A stretch of DNA of 64,000 nt from Blastocystis sp. Blastoise (GCA_039096225.1 JBBPEB010000005.1:1116001-1180000), one strand, 5' to 3'; shown: positions 18,041 to 32,580, counted from the stretch's first letter. Numbers and translations are program-made. The notes: generated by a model not told the origin, from the sequence alone.

Positions 18041-18646
18041 GTAGCTGTCTCTGCTTGGTGTTTTGACACTTGCTGGTCTCCTTAAACGTTCTGGTCCTTC
18101 TTGTGTGTGGTCGTGGCTCTCTTATAGATGGGTTCTTTAGGTCTAGAATGGAAGGAATCAATGTTAAAAGAAGGTATATATCATCTATATTATCTATTAC
18201 ATATTATATAACTAACCCCACTTTATATTTATATAGCATTAATGTATATATTTATATTTTATTATTCTATATTAATTTACTTTATTATATATTATTATAT
18301 TATATAACTTACTCTATCTTTATATAGGTTTCCATAAGTTCTGTTGCTGTCGTTGTTGGCCAATTGGAGAGAATGGTTTATAAAAAGTATATATATATAT
18401 TTAATTATATTGTTTTATTCATTATACTATTTATCATATATCTTTTATAGGATGGTTCTTTGTCTTTGATTCCTTGCCTGTCTTGTAATGATTAGAAAAG
18501 GTATATATTTTTTATTTTATTATTATTTTAAAATGTTATATATATATTATTATTAGTAATACTTAACTAATATCATCTCTTTATATAGGTTGGTTAGGCT
18601 TAAATGCAAATTAAAGACTGAAACTGTCCTGGTTGAAATATTATAA
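18041..18646 (+). ncRNA. Element-1 spliced exon array 2 (no ORF)
   Basis: AG/GT-bounded exons at about 18041-18173, 18327-18386, 18451-18500 and 18589 onward. CTTGCTGGT...GGTCCT resembles CTTACTGGT...GGTCCT in the arrays of elements 2 and 3. Confidence 0.5.
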
Positions 18647-18937
18647 ATTAAATATTATATATATTTTATTATATTATTTATTATATGTTTTATTATCTTT
18701 TTATATATTTATTATTATTGTTTTCTATTATTTGTTTTTATGATTATTTGATAATATTTAATTTGTTTGTTTTGTTATATCGTTTATTATTACACCACAA
18801 AAAGAATAAAAAAAGCCAATAAATGAAAAAATAGAGAATATTTAAAACCATTTTTATTCGCCAATTATTGTTTTAAGGTGCGTCATACTTTTGCACTGCT
18901 TTTCGATTTTATAAAATCACTGAAACTCTGACAAAAA

Positions 18938-19140
18938 ATTTCACTGCTCACCACTGGGGAAACCAAAGCAAAAAAGTCGTTGGACCTTTTGTCAGCTACC
19001 CTTTAAAATTTTTTCACTGCTCCACCACTGGGGAAACCAAACAGAAAAATCAAATAACCTTTTGTCAGCTACATATTTAAAAATTTTCACTGCTCACCAC
19101 TGGGGAAACCAAAACAAAAAAGTCGTTGGACCTTTTGACA
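18938..19140 (+). repeat. Three subterminal tandem repeats of about 72 bp (TTTCACTGCTCACCACTGGGGAAACCAAA...CCTTTTG)
   Basis: Copies at about 18939, 19012 and 19086, next to the right TIR of element 1. Confidence 0.9.
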
Positions 19141-19567
19141 GAAACCTGAAAAAATGTCCATAGTGAACAAATTGATATACATCTGTAAAATTATAATAAT
19201 AATAATTATATATGTATATTCTTTATTATGATCTGTATTATTATTAATATATATTAATAACATGTTTTTCTTTCTATCGTTATACTAACACTATCAGGTA
19301 TTCCCGTGATACTTTTTGGAGAGTTTTGCCAAAAAATGACTAAATTACTTTTTAAGACTATTTTCAGTCAGGCGAAAAGAGTAGCCAAAAACTAGGTTAT
19401 TTTTGTCGAATATGGTCTTTCTTTTCATTCGTTCAGAATTCTTTTAGAAACGTCATTTTATTATTAATTTAATCGTTGTGTGAATGATAATCAATATATA
19501 TATATAACAAAAGACAATAAATAATATATAATAATTAAAATAGCAAGAAAGATAAGAAAATAATAAT

Positions 19568-20073
19568 TATTTTGATTTGTTTTGATAAATTGGCAACTGT
19601 ATCTGAGGACTATATATATAAATTGATAGAACTAATAATAATATAGATAATATAGAATACATACCTTCTAACATCACTTCTAGACCAACTCTTGAACAAG
19701 AACCAAAACTATAAAAATAGAATGTAAAAAAATAAATATATTATAACAATATACCTTCTAAATCCTAGCAGTGTAGACCAAAAGGGACACCAGAGAGTAC
19801 CTAGAACCTATAAAAAATTAAATTAGTTAATTTCAAAAAAATAAAATATAATTAAATACCTTCAGAAGCATTGATTTGTTGACCAAGGAGACCTGAGACA
19901 ATAGTTGAACCTATATAAGATAATAAATAATAATAGCAGAGAGAATGCTAAAAAATATATACCTTTAATACAACCAGATTTCTATACGTTCAGGCCCGGA
20001 AACTCATAAACTAACTTTAAAAAAGAAGACCAATTAGGACCTATTAGAATCTATTTTGACACACCAGTAAGCC
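19568..20073 (-). ncRNA. Element-2 spliced exon array 2 (5 exons, no intact ORF)
   Basis: Five AG/GT-bounded exons. Same exon-intron layout as 26570-27078. Confidence 0.55.
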
Positions 20074-21069
20074 TATATAGAATAAGATAAATAAAAAAAA
20101 TATTATATACATTTAATAATATATAAAATATAGTTGTAAATTAAAGAAAAATAAAAATAAATATGCGAAAAAGTTGAATCTTATAAACAAAGAGAAATTC
20201 CCCCTTACAATTTTTTTTTTGTATGATAAAATTCTTTACAAAATCTGGGTTTCCAGGGGTTAAAACATTTTTAAATTTTCCCTTTTTCTCTAATAAAAAG
20301 TCTATTTGAATATAAAAATGATTTATAAATGTAATATGTGTTTATGAACCTAAATTATTTAATTACAACATGTTTAAGACTTATTAGAACAAAAATATAG
20401 TTATTTAAAAAATCTTTAATTACAATTAAATATATTTGTCTGCTATTTTTATATAATAGTATTTTATTTATAACAAGAAGGTCCTAGATAATCAAGAGAA
20501 ATATTTAGTATAATCACTTATAGAGACATGATTCAAAATTTATAAACTTTTGTTTCTAATATGATTTATTTCAACAATTTATCGATTATTGTAGATGTAT
20601 AAATAAAACGAGAATGTTTGAAAGCTTTGTGAGTTGTTTAAGACATAATAAAGAATGTAATTTATTAAAGTATAAAGTAGATTAATATTTACTCTTTTTT
20701 CTATTATTCCAAAAGAATTCTATAAATAATTTTATTCCTAAATATCAACAAAACAAATAGAGTAATATATAAAGAAATAAAACAAAATAAAAGATAGATA
20801 AAAAAGATAATATATAGTATATATATAGTAATATATCATTATAATATATATAATATGAATAATTTATTAAACTCCTTTCTATTCTATATATACATGATTA
20901 TAAAACCATATATAATTTAAATATATATATATATTGATATAGTATTATAAATATATATATATACAAGAGTTATCATTATCTTAATACATAAAGGAATCAT
21001 CCAAAAGTTTATATAATAATAATAATATAATAATAGTAATAACAATAAGTATATAATATATATATATAT

Positions 21070-22771
21070 ATACAAGATATATAATAACCATGTTTCTGAT
21101 AATCATGGTTATCAATAAGGAACATAAAACGTGAGTATTATAGGAGGTATATAGTTGTATATATATGTTTTATATGGTGGTAATTCTTCAAATAGATAAT
21201 GATCCTTTTTCTGTAGTTTGTATGGAATTGTAATAACTATATATATATATATATATTATATCAAAATATAATAATAAAGTATATATATAAATATATAATA
21301 TCACGAGAACAATAAAGTATATATATATATACTTGAGAAATTCTAGAATAAGTATTTCCCACGATTATAATTCATAAAGACAACACGCTACTCTTAGTAG
21401 GGAAGATGAAGTAGGAGATAACAGGATAACAGTATATAACCACGGGGATAATTAAGTATATCCTATAAAATATGTAATAAGAAAATCATGTGACATAAGT
21501 AGCTGATAGAGGGATTCAAACATTCATAGAATACATATATTCTATATAATAATAATAATAATAATAACAATAATAATATATATATATATATATATATATA
21601 CAAAGTCATCCAGTATATTTATATCATATATATCTTCTTATCCGCGGTTTTCAGTCGGTTACGAAGAGAATATACATATTGAACATCAATAGCTATATAT
21701 ATTATATAATATAATAATAATAATAATACACACAATAATATATACAATAAATATAATGTAACTATAATAAAACCATAATAAATACAAAACATACAATGAT
21801 CATTATCTTCTTCTCTTTTTCCTATATAAGTAAACATATCTATCATTTCTTTTTCTTTTTTCTTTCCTGTTTCTTCTTCACCTTCAATTTCAACCGTATT
21901 CAGTATATGACTTAATCCATAAATCAGTTCTCCACTAGGTTTTTCTTCTCCTTCTCCTCTTTCTTTCTCTTCATATGTATTCATTAATCCTATTTCTTCT
22001 TCTTCAGGTACTTCCATATCATTATCAATCATCAAATCATTTCCTGTATCTTTATATGCACCTGTGAAATAATTAGTAGTAGGAGGAGGAGGAAAAGGAG
22101 GACTATAGACTTCTTTTAAACTATTATGACTCATAAAAAAGGAAATAGAATAAATATCAATCTTTTTAATGTATGTAACTGAGGAGGTATATAAGAAGAA
22201 GGACAACGAGCTATTTGTATAATTTCTTCTATTCTTGTTAATAAGGTATATATCATATCTTGAGGAATATAATTCAATTCATATATATATAGACTTACTA
22301 ATATTGTTTCTCTTCTTTGTATTATATATAATAATATGATATAATATTATAAGTAAGAAACGAGATAGTACAGTATATGAATTGAAATGGATTTCAAAGG
22401 AAGGTTTAAAAGCATAATAAACTGAAGAATAATTTAAAACACTTATATAAATATATTGCATTCTTTAACCATGTTGTTAAGAAGTAGCTCTCCGATTTAT
22501 AAAGTGGAATCAATGAGAATATCACGTGCTTTTCTTCATTTGATTCGGGAGTACAAATACATCCTTAACGGAAAATATACTCACCAACTGTTTTCTATAA
22601 TAATAATAAGAATGTTATTATAATACATAATATATACAATAGAATTTCGAATAGAATCAGGAATAGGTTGTGATTCAGGGATGTCATTTATATATATAAC
22701 TAACAATTTTACTTAATACTTTAATACTCTATAAATAATATGAATATAAGTATATATATATATGTATAATT

Positions 22772-22802
<31 letters not shown>

Positions 22803-23703
22803 AGTATATATAAATATATACTTGTACTGTACATATATCAACACTTGTATTTAATAATAAACTTTGTAAATATTCACGTTCTATATATAAGAATATATAA
22901 TAATAAAAAGCATAATACTATATATATATATACGTTGATTAGGGAAGAAAGGGAGTAGTTGACATATAATGGTAGTTGCTTGAATGTATTCATATATACT
23001 GCTATTATGAACAGCTTCATAAAATATATCAATATCCTTATTTGTTAACTATATATATAAGAATAAGAATATGTATATATATAATAATAAGAATAGAATA
23101 ATAAGTAAATACAGGGATAACAGTGCATATATATTGAAGAAGAGAGAGAGACAATCGTAACGTTTCTGTATTTAAACACTGTTGGAATAACACATCTAAT
23201 ATATCCTATATATAATAAGTAACATATATATAAGTAATATATATAGATAGTTATATATACTCTGTCTCGTATATATTGAACAAGTGATTTATAAATAGCA
23301 GATTTCTTTACCGTTTGAAGATCATTAAATAATGTAGTTAAATTCGTTATTCCATCAATTTTATTTTTCATGTTTGATCTCATCAACTTATATATATATA
23401 TATTAATATATAATTTTTGATAATCATAAGGATCTTGATAACTATATATATATATATATATATTAATAATATAATAAATCATAATTACATTTTTCGTTTT
23501 TCAGCAAATTTCAGTGTATTTGTATATTCATCAACATCAATTTGGCGGGGAAAATCACTTGGTAAAAATTTTTATAAACTATATATATATACATTTCATT
23601 ACAAATAGTAACAAGTGAAGGAAGAGAAGTAAGTATATAAATATATATGCTTAATTTATACATAGAGAATAAGTATTCAAACTATATATATAATAATAAT
23701 AAT

Positions 23704-23749
<46 letters not shown>

Positions 23750-24460
23750 TTTTCCAAAGTCGATATCTGCCCATAATGATTGTAATACATTCATATATTC
23801 ATATAAAGAGGTTTCAATAGCTTTATATAAAAAACTATAGGGTTTACAATAATATCGTTTATCTGTATATTCCTCGACAAATGATTTGAGTTTCGTACTG
23901 AGAATGGGGTCTGTTGGAGGGGGATTGAAGGGAGTCACCAGACGATCACGTGCTGGAATTTCTTTTAGAATCGTATATGAACCTTGAGGTAAATCAAAAA
24001 TAAATGCTCTATTATCACTATTTCGTATAAGTGAATATGTATATTTATCAGAAATGGGGGAGTAAGAAAGATCTATTATGGTATAAATCTGTTTGTCCTG
24101 ATGATAATAAATAAGTAAATTCTTATCATGAGATGTATTGGTTAGTACAAGTGACGCATCTAGATGACGCTCCAGGTAAGGAAATGGCTCTACTCTATAA
24201 TAATATATAATATATAATATATGTATAATAATAAATAACAAATAATATATATATATATATATATACATATCAACTTGAATATCTTCTAATCCATAAATAT
24301 CTGCTTGTGTATATCCATCTTAATAAACTCTGTATATATTCTTATATATACCTCTCTCTTCAAAGAAATCAAGCACTATTCCCGTGATTGTATAATTATC
24401 ATTAACATGAATAGACATATAGAGACCAATATCCTTTGTAAAATCAGTCTTTTTAATTTT
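21070..24460 (-). pseudogene. Captured intron-containing host-like gene fragments (cargo of element 2)
   Basis: Exons such as VEPFPYLERHLDAS...WADIDFGKD, FLPSDFPRQIDVDEY and EVYSPPFPPPPTTNYFTGAYKD. Several frameshifts. Homologous to 28025-31320. Confidence 0.7.
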
Positions 24461-24900
24461 TAAAGAACACACCAGCAACCTAATTCACCAATGGCAACTA
24501 AAAAGCACCTTCCTATATAATATAATATATAATAAACATATACTAAAAATAGAGTAAATTAAAAAAAGAATAAAAGAATATTGTAACATAGGAAAAGAGA
24601 AAAAAGAAAAATATCTAAATGCAAAGAAAAAAAAATATATAATTATATACCTTCTAGACTTTGTTAATTGATTATTTGAAGTACCGACAAGACCTAATAA
24701 ACAACCTAAAAAAATTAAAAATAAACAAATGTAATAAAATACCTTATAAGAAAAAACCCAACAAGTACACATGATGAACCACTTTGAAACCGACCTGGGA
24801 GAATATCTGTCAGGAAAAGGATTTACACAATGGAAAACTAAAAAGAATTATGAAAAAAAGTAGAAAATATCTAATAAATAAATACTTATAAAGTGCATAC
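24461..24900 (-). ncRNA. Element-2 spliced exon array 1, running into the cargo
   Basis: AG/GT-bounded exons at about 24743-24837, 24651-24705 and from about 24512. Homologous to 32718-32983. Confidence 0.45.
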
Positions 24901-25936
24901 CTGTATAAAAAACACCATAAATAAGTATAAAAATATCTATATATGTTTGGTTATAATAATTTAAAAATAAAGATGAATTCACTAATATAATAAAATTTGT
25001 TAGTCAAATACTAAAAATTTTCGTAAAAATAGCTTTTATATTTTTTTTTAATTTTTTATGACTCACTACTAAAATTACAAGTTTTAAACGTTATGTACTG
25101 AGCTATTGACACAACACTATTGTATCTCACTACTTTCAAGTTTTAAAAAATTACTCATTTTTGTTGACTCTCTGATCTGTTGACTGACTCGTCTAAAAAC
25201 TATTAATTTTGACTTAAAACGATTGCATGCTACATAATTAACTCTAAAAGTGACTTTATAAAAGACTTTTATTTGATTCTGAGGAAAAGTAGTTTTTTTA
25301 GAAGTTTTGGCATACTCTTTGTATGCGGAACTTTAAGTCATAATAAAATCAAATGAAAAAACTCTTCTAAAACACTTATATCCTCTGATAGTCAATAAAA
25401 TATAAATAGACTCAGTTTTGAACGAGAAAAATATTCCCGTAAATATTTTAAAAATTCAAAACTCTGGTCTGACTGCCCATGGAACAAATAGGCTCGGCTC
25501 AATTTTTCAGTGTAAAAAAAATATAATTTTTTGACTTTTTGGCTGAATTTTGGTTTCGAACCATAGAGGTCTTTTTATTCATTTTTAATTATATATGTGA
25601 CTCTGAGAGGGTCTTCACTTTAAACACAACTATAAAATATTTTAAAATATTGACCCTCATTTTCTTCAGAATTGCGACTTTAAAATAAATAAAAACGGTT
25701 TGGATATCGTGTGATCCTCTGTAAATAAAAAATATTGTCAATTCTTTAATAAAATATGTTTAATAGGGTTTTTGTGTCTAAATCAAAAGTCGACTTAAAA
25801 TTTTTATGAAAATTTTGTTTTTTTTTGCCTAAGTCTTTTTTTTGTTATAATTTTATTGGCTGAATAAGTTTTGAACGAAAATTAACCAATCAAAAAGCTT
25901 TAAAAATTAAAAATGACCTGGTAGTGTAATAATACT

Positions 25937-26347
25937 CACTAGTAGGCATTTTGTTTTTTAGTAAAAAAATCTATCTAATGGGTAACCAAAACCTTATCTA
26001 AAAAAAGGGCTATTTTCTTATCTAACGACAAAAAATCTTCTCTAACCATATGCCAGGAAGTTATCTAACACGTCTGACCCAGCTGGCATCTTTTTTTTTA
26101 AGAGCAGTTTTTGGTGTTTTTCTTTTCTAACACAAGGCAAATATATGTCTATTCACTAGTAGGCATTTTGTTTTTAGTAAAAAAATCTATCTATTGGGTA
26201 ACAAAACCTTATCTAAAAATGAGCCATTTTCTTCTCTAACCATATGCCAGGAAGTTATCTAACACGTCTGACACAGCTGGCATCTTTTTTTTTAAGAGCA
26301 GTTTTTGGTGTTTTTCTTTTCTAACACAAGGCAAATATATGTCTATT
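25937..26347 (+). repeat. Tandem duplication of the left end of element 3 (217 bp + 194 bp), each copy starting with the TIR
   Basis: CACTAGTAGGCATTTTG at 25937 and 26154. Both copies end ATATATGTCTATT. Confidence 0.92.
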
Positions 26348-26569
26348 TGTATTTTATCTGCTCTAAAGGTATCTATATTTTTCTCTAATACATATTTTAA
26401 ACACATTATCATGTATTTTTAAGATAAAATTTGGGTGCTATTTGTTGGATAAAACCTGTCTTATTTATTTAATTAATCGTTGTGTGAATGATAATTAAAA
26501 TTATATTAACAAAAGACAATAAATAATAATAAAATAATTATAACAATAATAAAGATAAGAAAATAATAG

Positions 26570-27078
26570 TTATTTTGATTTGTTTTGAGTAATTTGATAA
26601 CATTTTGGATCACTATAAATATATAAATGATAGGAATGATAATAATATAGATAATATATAATATATACCTTGTAATGAAACTTCTAAAGCGACTCCATGA
26701 AGAAAAACCACAACTATAAAAATATATTGAATAAAAAATAATATAATATAGCAATATACCTTCTCAATCCAAATAGTGTGGACCAGGTAAGACCTCAGAG
26801 AACACCCATTATCTTTAGAAAAAAAAAATAGTTAATTTCAAAAAATATTAATATAATTAAATACCTTTAGAACCATGAAGTTGTCGACTAGGGAGACCTC
26901 CTACAACATCTGAACCTATAGAAGATAATATTAATAAAAAAACTACAACAATGGAAAAAAATATACCTTTTATAGCACCGGATTTCGGATCACCTAAACC
27001 ACACAACTCATGAGTTAACTTTAAAATATGAAGAGGAATCAGGACCTATTTGAAGCTATTTCGACGGACCAGTAAGCC
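26570..27078 (-). ncRNA. Element-3 spliced exon array 2 (5 exons, no intact ORF)
   Basis: Paralogue of 19568-20073 with conserved splice sites and diverged exon sequence. Confidence 0.55.
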
Positions 27079-28024
27079 TATATGATATAAAATAAATAAA
27101 TTATATAGTATACATTTTAAAAACTATATAAAATAGTTGCGAATCAATTAAAAATAAAAATAAATATGAAATTTTTTAGAATTTATTTTAAAAATACATA
27201 CATGGCCCTAAAAATACAGAAAATCTTTTTTTTTCTATAATAAAAGTCTCTATAAATTTCTTTATTTCCAGGGGTTATCAAATCTCTAAAATTCTCCTTT
27301 TTTCTACTAAAACGTCTATTTGAATGCTAAATTGAGTTATAAATGTATTTTATATGTATTAAGCTAGATTACTTCATTACAACATGTTTCTAGACTTAAA
27401 AGAACAAAAAATTGTTATTTTTAACAGAATGTAATTTCAATTTAAAATATTTGTGAGTAATATATATATAATAGTATTTGATTCATAATATAAATGCCAT
27501 AGAGAATAAAAATATATATTTGACATAGTTGTTTATAACCTCATTATTCACATTTTACGAACATTTTTATTATAATATATTTTATTTTAATGGATTGTTG
27601 ATATTACAAGTAAGTGAATGAATTGAGAAGGTTTGCAAGTTGTTATCAACATAAAATAATAAAATCTAATAAAAATATAAACAGGATTAATACGTATTCC
27701 ATTTTACTATTATTCGAAAAGAATTCTTTACAATAATCTCATTCTATAATATTTACAAAACAAAATGAATAATATATAATTAAATATAACATAATAGAAG
27801 ACATATATAAAAGTTAATAGACAATAAAAATATATATATGTATATGACTTCTTTCTTTATCCTATATAAATTAATTATAAAAATATCTATAATTTAGTAT
27901 ATATATATATATGACATTTTTCATCATCTACAATATACAAAGCGCATTATCTATCAGTCTATATAACATATATAATAATAAAATAAAAATATTAAATATA
28001 ATAAGTATAATAGTATATATATAT

Positions 28025-28483
28025 ACAAGACATATAATAATGTTTTGATAATTATGGTTTTCAATGAGGGATATAAAACGCTGGTATTATAGGAGGTATG
28101 TAGCAGTATATATATTGATGTATCTGTAGTTCATAAGTATATAATAAGCCTTGTTTGTAGTATGTCTAATATCTATCTATATATATATATATATATATAA
28201 TATAATTAATAACAAATATAAAATAGTAAATAATATATAATATGCTACATCAAAAGTTATATAAAGTGAATATATATATACATAATTAAAATATTCTTGA
28301 GAGTAAGTATTTCCCGCGATTATTGATTTATAAAGACAACAAGCCACTGTAAGGAGGGATGATGAAGGAGAAGATAATAGGAAAGTAGTATATAACCACG
28401 GGAATAATTAAGTATATCTAATAAAATATTTTATAAGAAGACCATATAAGTAGATGAAGAAAGATTCACATATCTATAGATTG

Positions 28484-28537
<54 letters not shown>

Positions 28538-29768
28538 GTAATAATAATAATAATAATATATACAAATTCACCTAGTGTCTTCATATCATATCTATCTTCT
28601 TTATTCGTGGCTTTCAGTTGATTACGAAGAAGAGAATATACATATTGCACATCAATAGCTATATATTATACAGAATATTAATAATAAGAAGAAGTATAAT
28701 AATAATATATAAAATAAATATAATAAACATAACAAACATACAATGATCATTTTCTTCTTCTCGCTTTCCTATATAAGTAAATATATCTATCATTTCTTTT
28801 TCTTTTTTCTTTCCTATTTCTTCTCACCTTCAATTTCAACAGTATTCAGTATATAACTCAATTCATAAATCAGTTCACCAATAGGTTTTTCTTCTCCTTC
28901 TCCTCTTTCTTTCTCTTCATAAGTATTCATTAATCCTATTTCTTCTTCTTCAGGTACTTCCATATCATCATCATCCATTAAATCATTTTCTATATCTTTA
29001 TATGCACCTGTGAAATAATTAGTAAGAGGAGGAGGAGGAAAAGGAGGACTATAGACTTCTAAACTATTATGGCTCATATTAAAGGAAATAGAATAAATAT
29101 CAATCTTTTTTAATGTATGTAATTTAGGAAGTATATAAGAAGAAGGACAACGAGCTATTTGTATAATCTCTGCTATTCTTGTTAATAATGTATACATAAT
29201 ATCTTGAGGAATAGAATTCGATTCATATATATATATAGACTTACTAATATTATTTCTCTTCTTTGTATTATATATAATAATATGATATAATATTATAGTA
29301 AGAAACGAGATAGTAAGGTATATAACTGAAATGGATTTCAGAGAAGGTTCAAAAGTATATAATAAATTGAAGAATGATTTATAACCATCATTTAAATATA
29401 TTGCATTCTTAAACCATGTTGTTAAGAAGTCTATAATAATATATAATAATAATAATAATATATATATATATATATATATACAAAGCTATCTGATTTATAA
29501 AGTGGAATCAATGGAATATCACGTGCTTTTCTTCATTTGATTCGGGAGTACAAATACATCCTTAACGGAAAATATACTCACCAACTGTTTTCTATAATAA
29601 TAATAAGAATGTTATTATAATACATAATATATACAATAGAATTTCGAATAGAATCAGGAATAGGTTGTGATTCAGGGATGTCATTTAAATATAATACTAG
29701 CAATTTACTTATACCTTAATACTCTATATATAATATGAATATAAGTATTTATATATATGTATAAGTAT

Positions 29769-29821
<53 letters not shown>

Positions 29822-30415
29822 AGTATATATATATATATACTTGTACTGTACATATATTATCACATGTATTCAATAATAAACTTTGTAAATATTCACGTTC
29901 TATATATAATAATAAGTATAATTCTATATATATATACGTTGATTAGGGAAGAGAGGGAGTAGTTGACATATAATGGTAGTTGCTTGAATGGATTCATATA
30001 TACGGTTATTATGAGCAGCCTCATAAAATATATCAATATCCTTATTTGTTAACTATATATATAAGAATATATATATATATATAATAATAATAATAAAGAA
30101 TATAATAATAATAAGTAAATACAAGGATAGCAGTACATATATATTGAAGAAGAGAGAGAGAGACAATCGTAACGTTTGTGTATTTAAACACTGTTGGAAT
30201 AATACATCTAATATATCCTATATATAATAAGTAATATATATATATAGTTATATATACTCTGTCTCGTATGTATTGAACAAGTGATTTATAAATAGCAGAT
30301 TTCTTTATCGTTTGAAGATCATGAAATAATGTAGTTAAATTAGTTATTCCATATATATATATATATATATAAAATTATTATATACATCAATTCTATTTTA
30401 AATATTTGATCTCAT

Positions 30416-30467
<52 letters not shown>

Positions 30468-31491
30468 TGATAATCATAAGGATCTTGATAACTATATATA
30501 TATATAAATAAATCATAATAAAAACTAATAATAATTACATTTTTCGTTTTTCAGCAAATTTCAGTGTATTAATATATTCATCAACATCAATTTGGCGGGG
30601 AAAATCACTTGGTAAAAAATTTTAATAACTATATATATAATAATAATAAATACACCATAATATATATATATATATATATATGTATACACCTTTCATTACA
30701 AATAGTTTCAAGTGAAGGAAGAGAGTAACTATATATATATATATATATATGCTTAATTTATACATAGAAAATAAGTATTCAAACTATATATGTAATAACA
30801 GTAATAACATATTTAATATATATATATATACATCTTTTCCAAGGTTAACATCTGCCAATAATAGTTGTAATACAGTTATATATTCATATAAAGAAGCCTC
30901 TATAGATTTATATAAAGAGTAATAATATTAATAATAATGTAGTTTATCTCTATATACCTCAACATATAACTTGAGGTACATACAGAGAATAGTGTCCGTT
31001 AAAGTGGAGATTGAGGGAGTCACGAGATGATCACATGATGAAATATCTAGAATCTTCTATATATCTGGATGTACATCGAAACTATAAATAAGTATTTATA
31101 TAAAACCTATTATCATTATTATATATAAGTGCATAATATTAATTAGAAACAAAGGATTAAAAAATATGTTATCATATAAATACCATATATATATATAATA
31201 TAAATAATATACTTTTTATTCTTATAGTAATAAGTAAGTTGTTATTTCGAATGTATATTGTAAGAATAAATGACGAAAAGAAATGATACATCAGGTAACA
31301 AAATAGCTTGAATCTATAGATTGATAATTAATAGAATAATAAACTAAAAGATAATTATAATAATAATAAATAAATTTACTTGAATATTCTATTATCTATA
31401 AATCTTCACATATTTATATCAATTGAAATAAGTTCAATAGCTATTCTTACATATAATTCTAATCATAAAACAAGTTGTATCTCATATTCTA

Positions 31492-31522
<31 letters not shown>

Positions 31523-32580
31523 CAATGAATAGATATAGATATAGAAACTAATATTCTTATAGTTTTTGTATATATACTAATAAACTAAAATATAATTATA
31601 ATTAAACGTATAATAATAAAGATTATAATATATAATAATATATAAACATATATATACTTGATTGAGTTCCACATGTTCTAGAAGCAAAGAATATAGATAT
31701 AGAATAGGTGATTCCAGGAATAAGACCTAATTTATCTGCATAATTCGTTATATTAATATGAGAACCAACTGGAGTATTATAACTATATATATAATAATAA
31801 TATATAAAATATAATATATACCCTCCATAATCTAAGAATAAATGTTTATTAATAAAAACCCATAATCCATTATTCGTTTCAAAATCTATAAATTGATCTG
31901 TTCTATTCTCATATCTATATATATAATAATAATATTATATAAATATAAAATAATAATATACAAGAAGAATAGATTTGTTTTCATAGTAAATTAATATTTC
32001 TTACCAATATATTCTTCTATTGAACTTAATGCATATCCTCCTTTTACATCTGTTAAAGGAAAATATGTAGGACTAGAAGATATAAAAAATTATAGAATAT
32101 ATATATATATATAAATATATATATATATAAATATACGAGAAATAGCAACAAAAGCCCGAATATTATTATCACCATAATCGTTCACTTTATCACATACTGT
32201 TTCTACTCTATCTTCTTTTGAATATAAATTTGAATATATATATCTATATAAAAAAATATAATAATAATAAATATAAAATATATACTTTGGATAATTTGAA
32301 GGTTGTTTCGTAATAAAATTATCTGTATAATGAATAATACAATCACGAATAGCAAATCCTTTCTCATCTATATATATATAATATATAAATGTTATATATA
32401 ATAAACAAATAAATAAATTCTTATATTAATAATATAATTAAATAGATAAAAATAAATAATTAAATATATATAAATAAACATATATATATACAAACTATTT
32501 TACAACTGATATCGTATTTGGTATTTGAAAATATCAGAGAAACCACAAGATTCAAGAATGGAGTAAGAAATAACTTTTCT
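28025..32580 (-). pseudogene. Captured intron-containing gene fragments (cargo of element 3), including a fibro-slime/PA14-like domain at about 31657-32075
   Basis: Spliced YENRTDQFIDFETNNGLWVFINKHLFLDYGG/YNTPVGSHINITNYADKLGLIPGITYSISIFFASRTCGTQS. Preceded by YFPL...Y*FT with an in-frame stop, and a frameshift further upstream. Confidence 0.7.

Larger units (their letters stand above)
19289..25926. mobile_element. Non-autonomous CACTA-type DNA transposon 2 (6638 bp) carrying captured gene fragments
   Basis: TIR CACTATCAGGT versus reverse-complemented right end CACTACCAGGT (1 mismatch in 11). TSD TAA at 19286-19288 and 25927-25929. Confidence 0.88.

Noticed and set aside
18760-18776. Polyadenylation-created stop codons (TGTTTGTT motif as in Blastocystis)
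   Set aside because: The motif is present here, but every complete gene modelled has a genomic stop codon, so there is no evidence of this mechanism in the window.
18938-19140. CRISPR-like repeat-spacer array
   Set aside because: Only three units, the spacers are related to each other, the context is eukaryotic, there are no cas genes, and it abuts a TIR.
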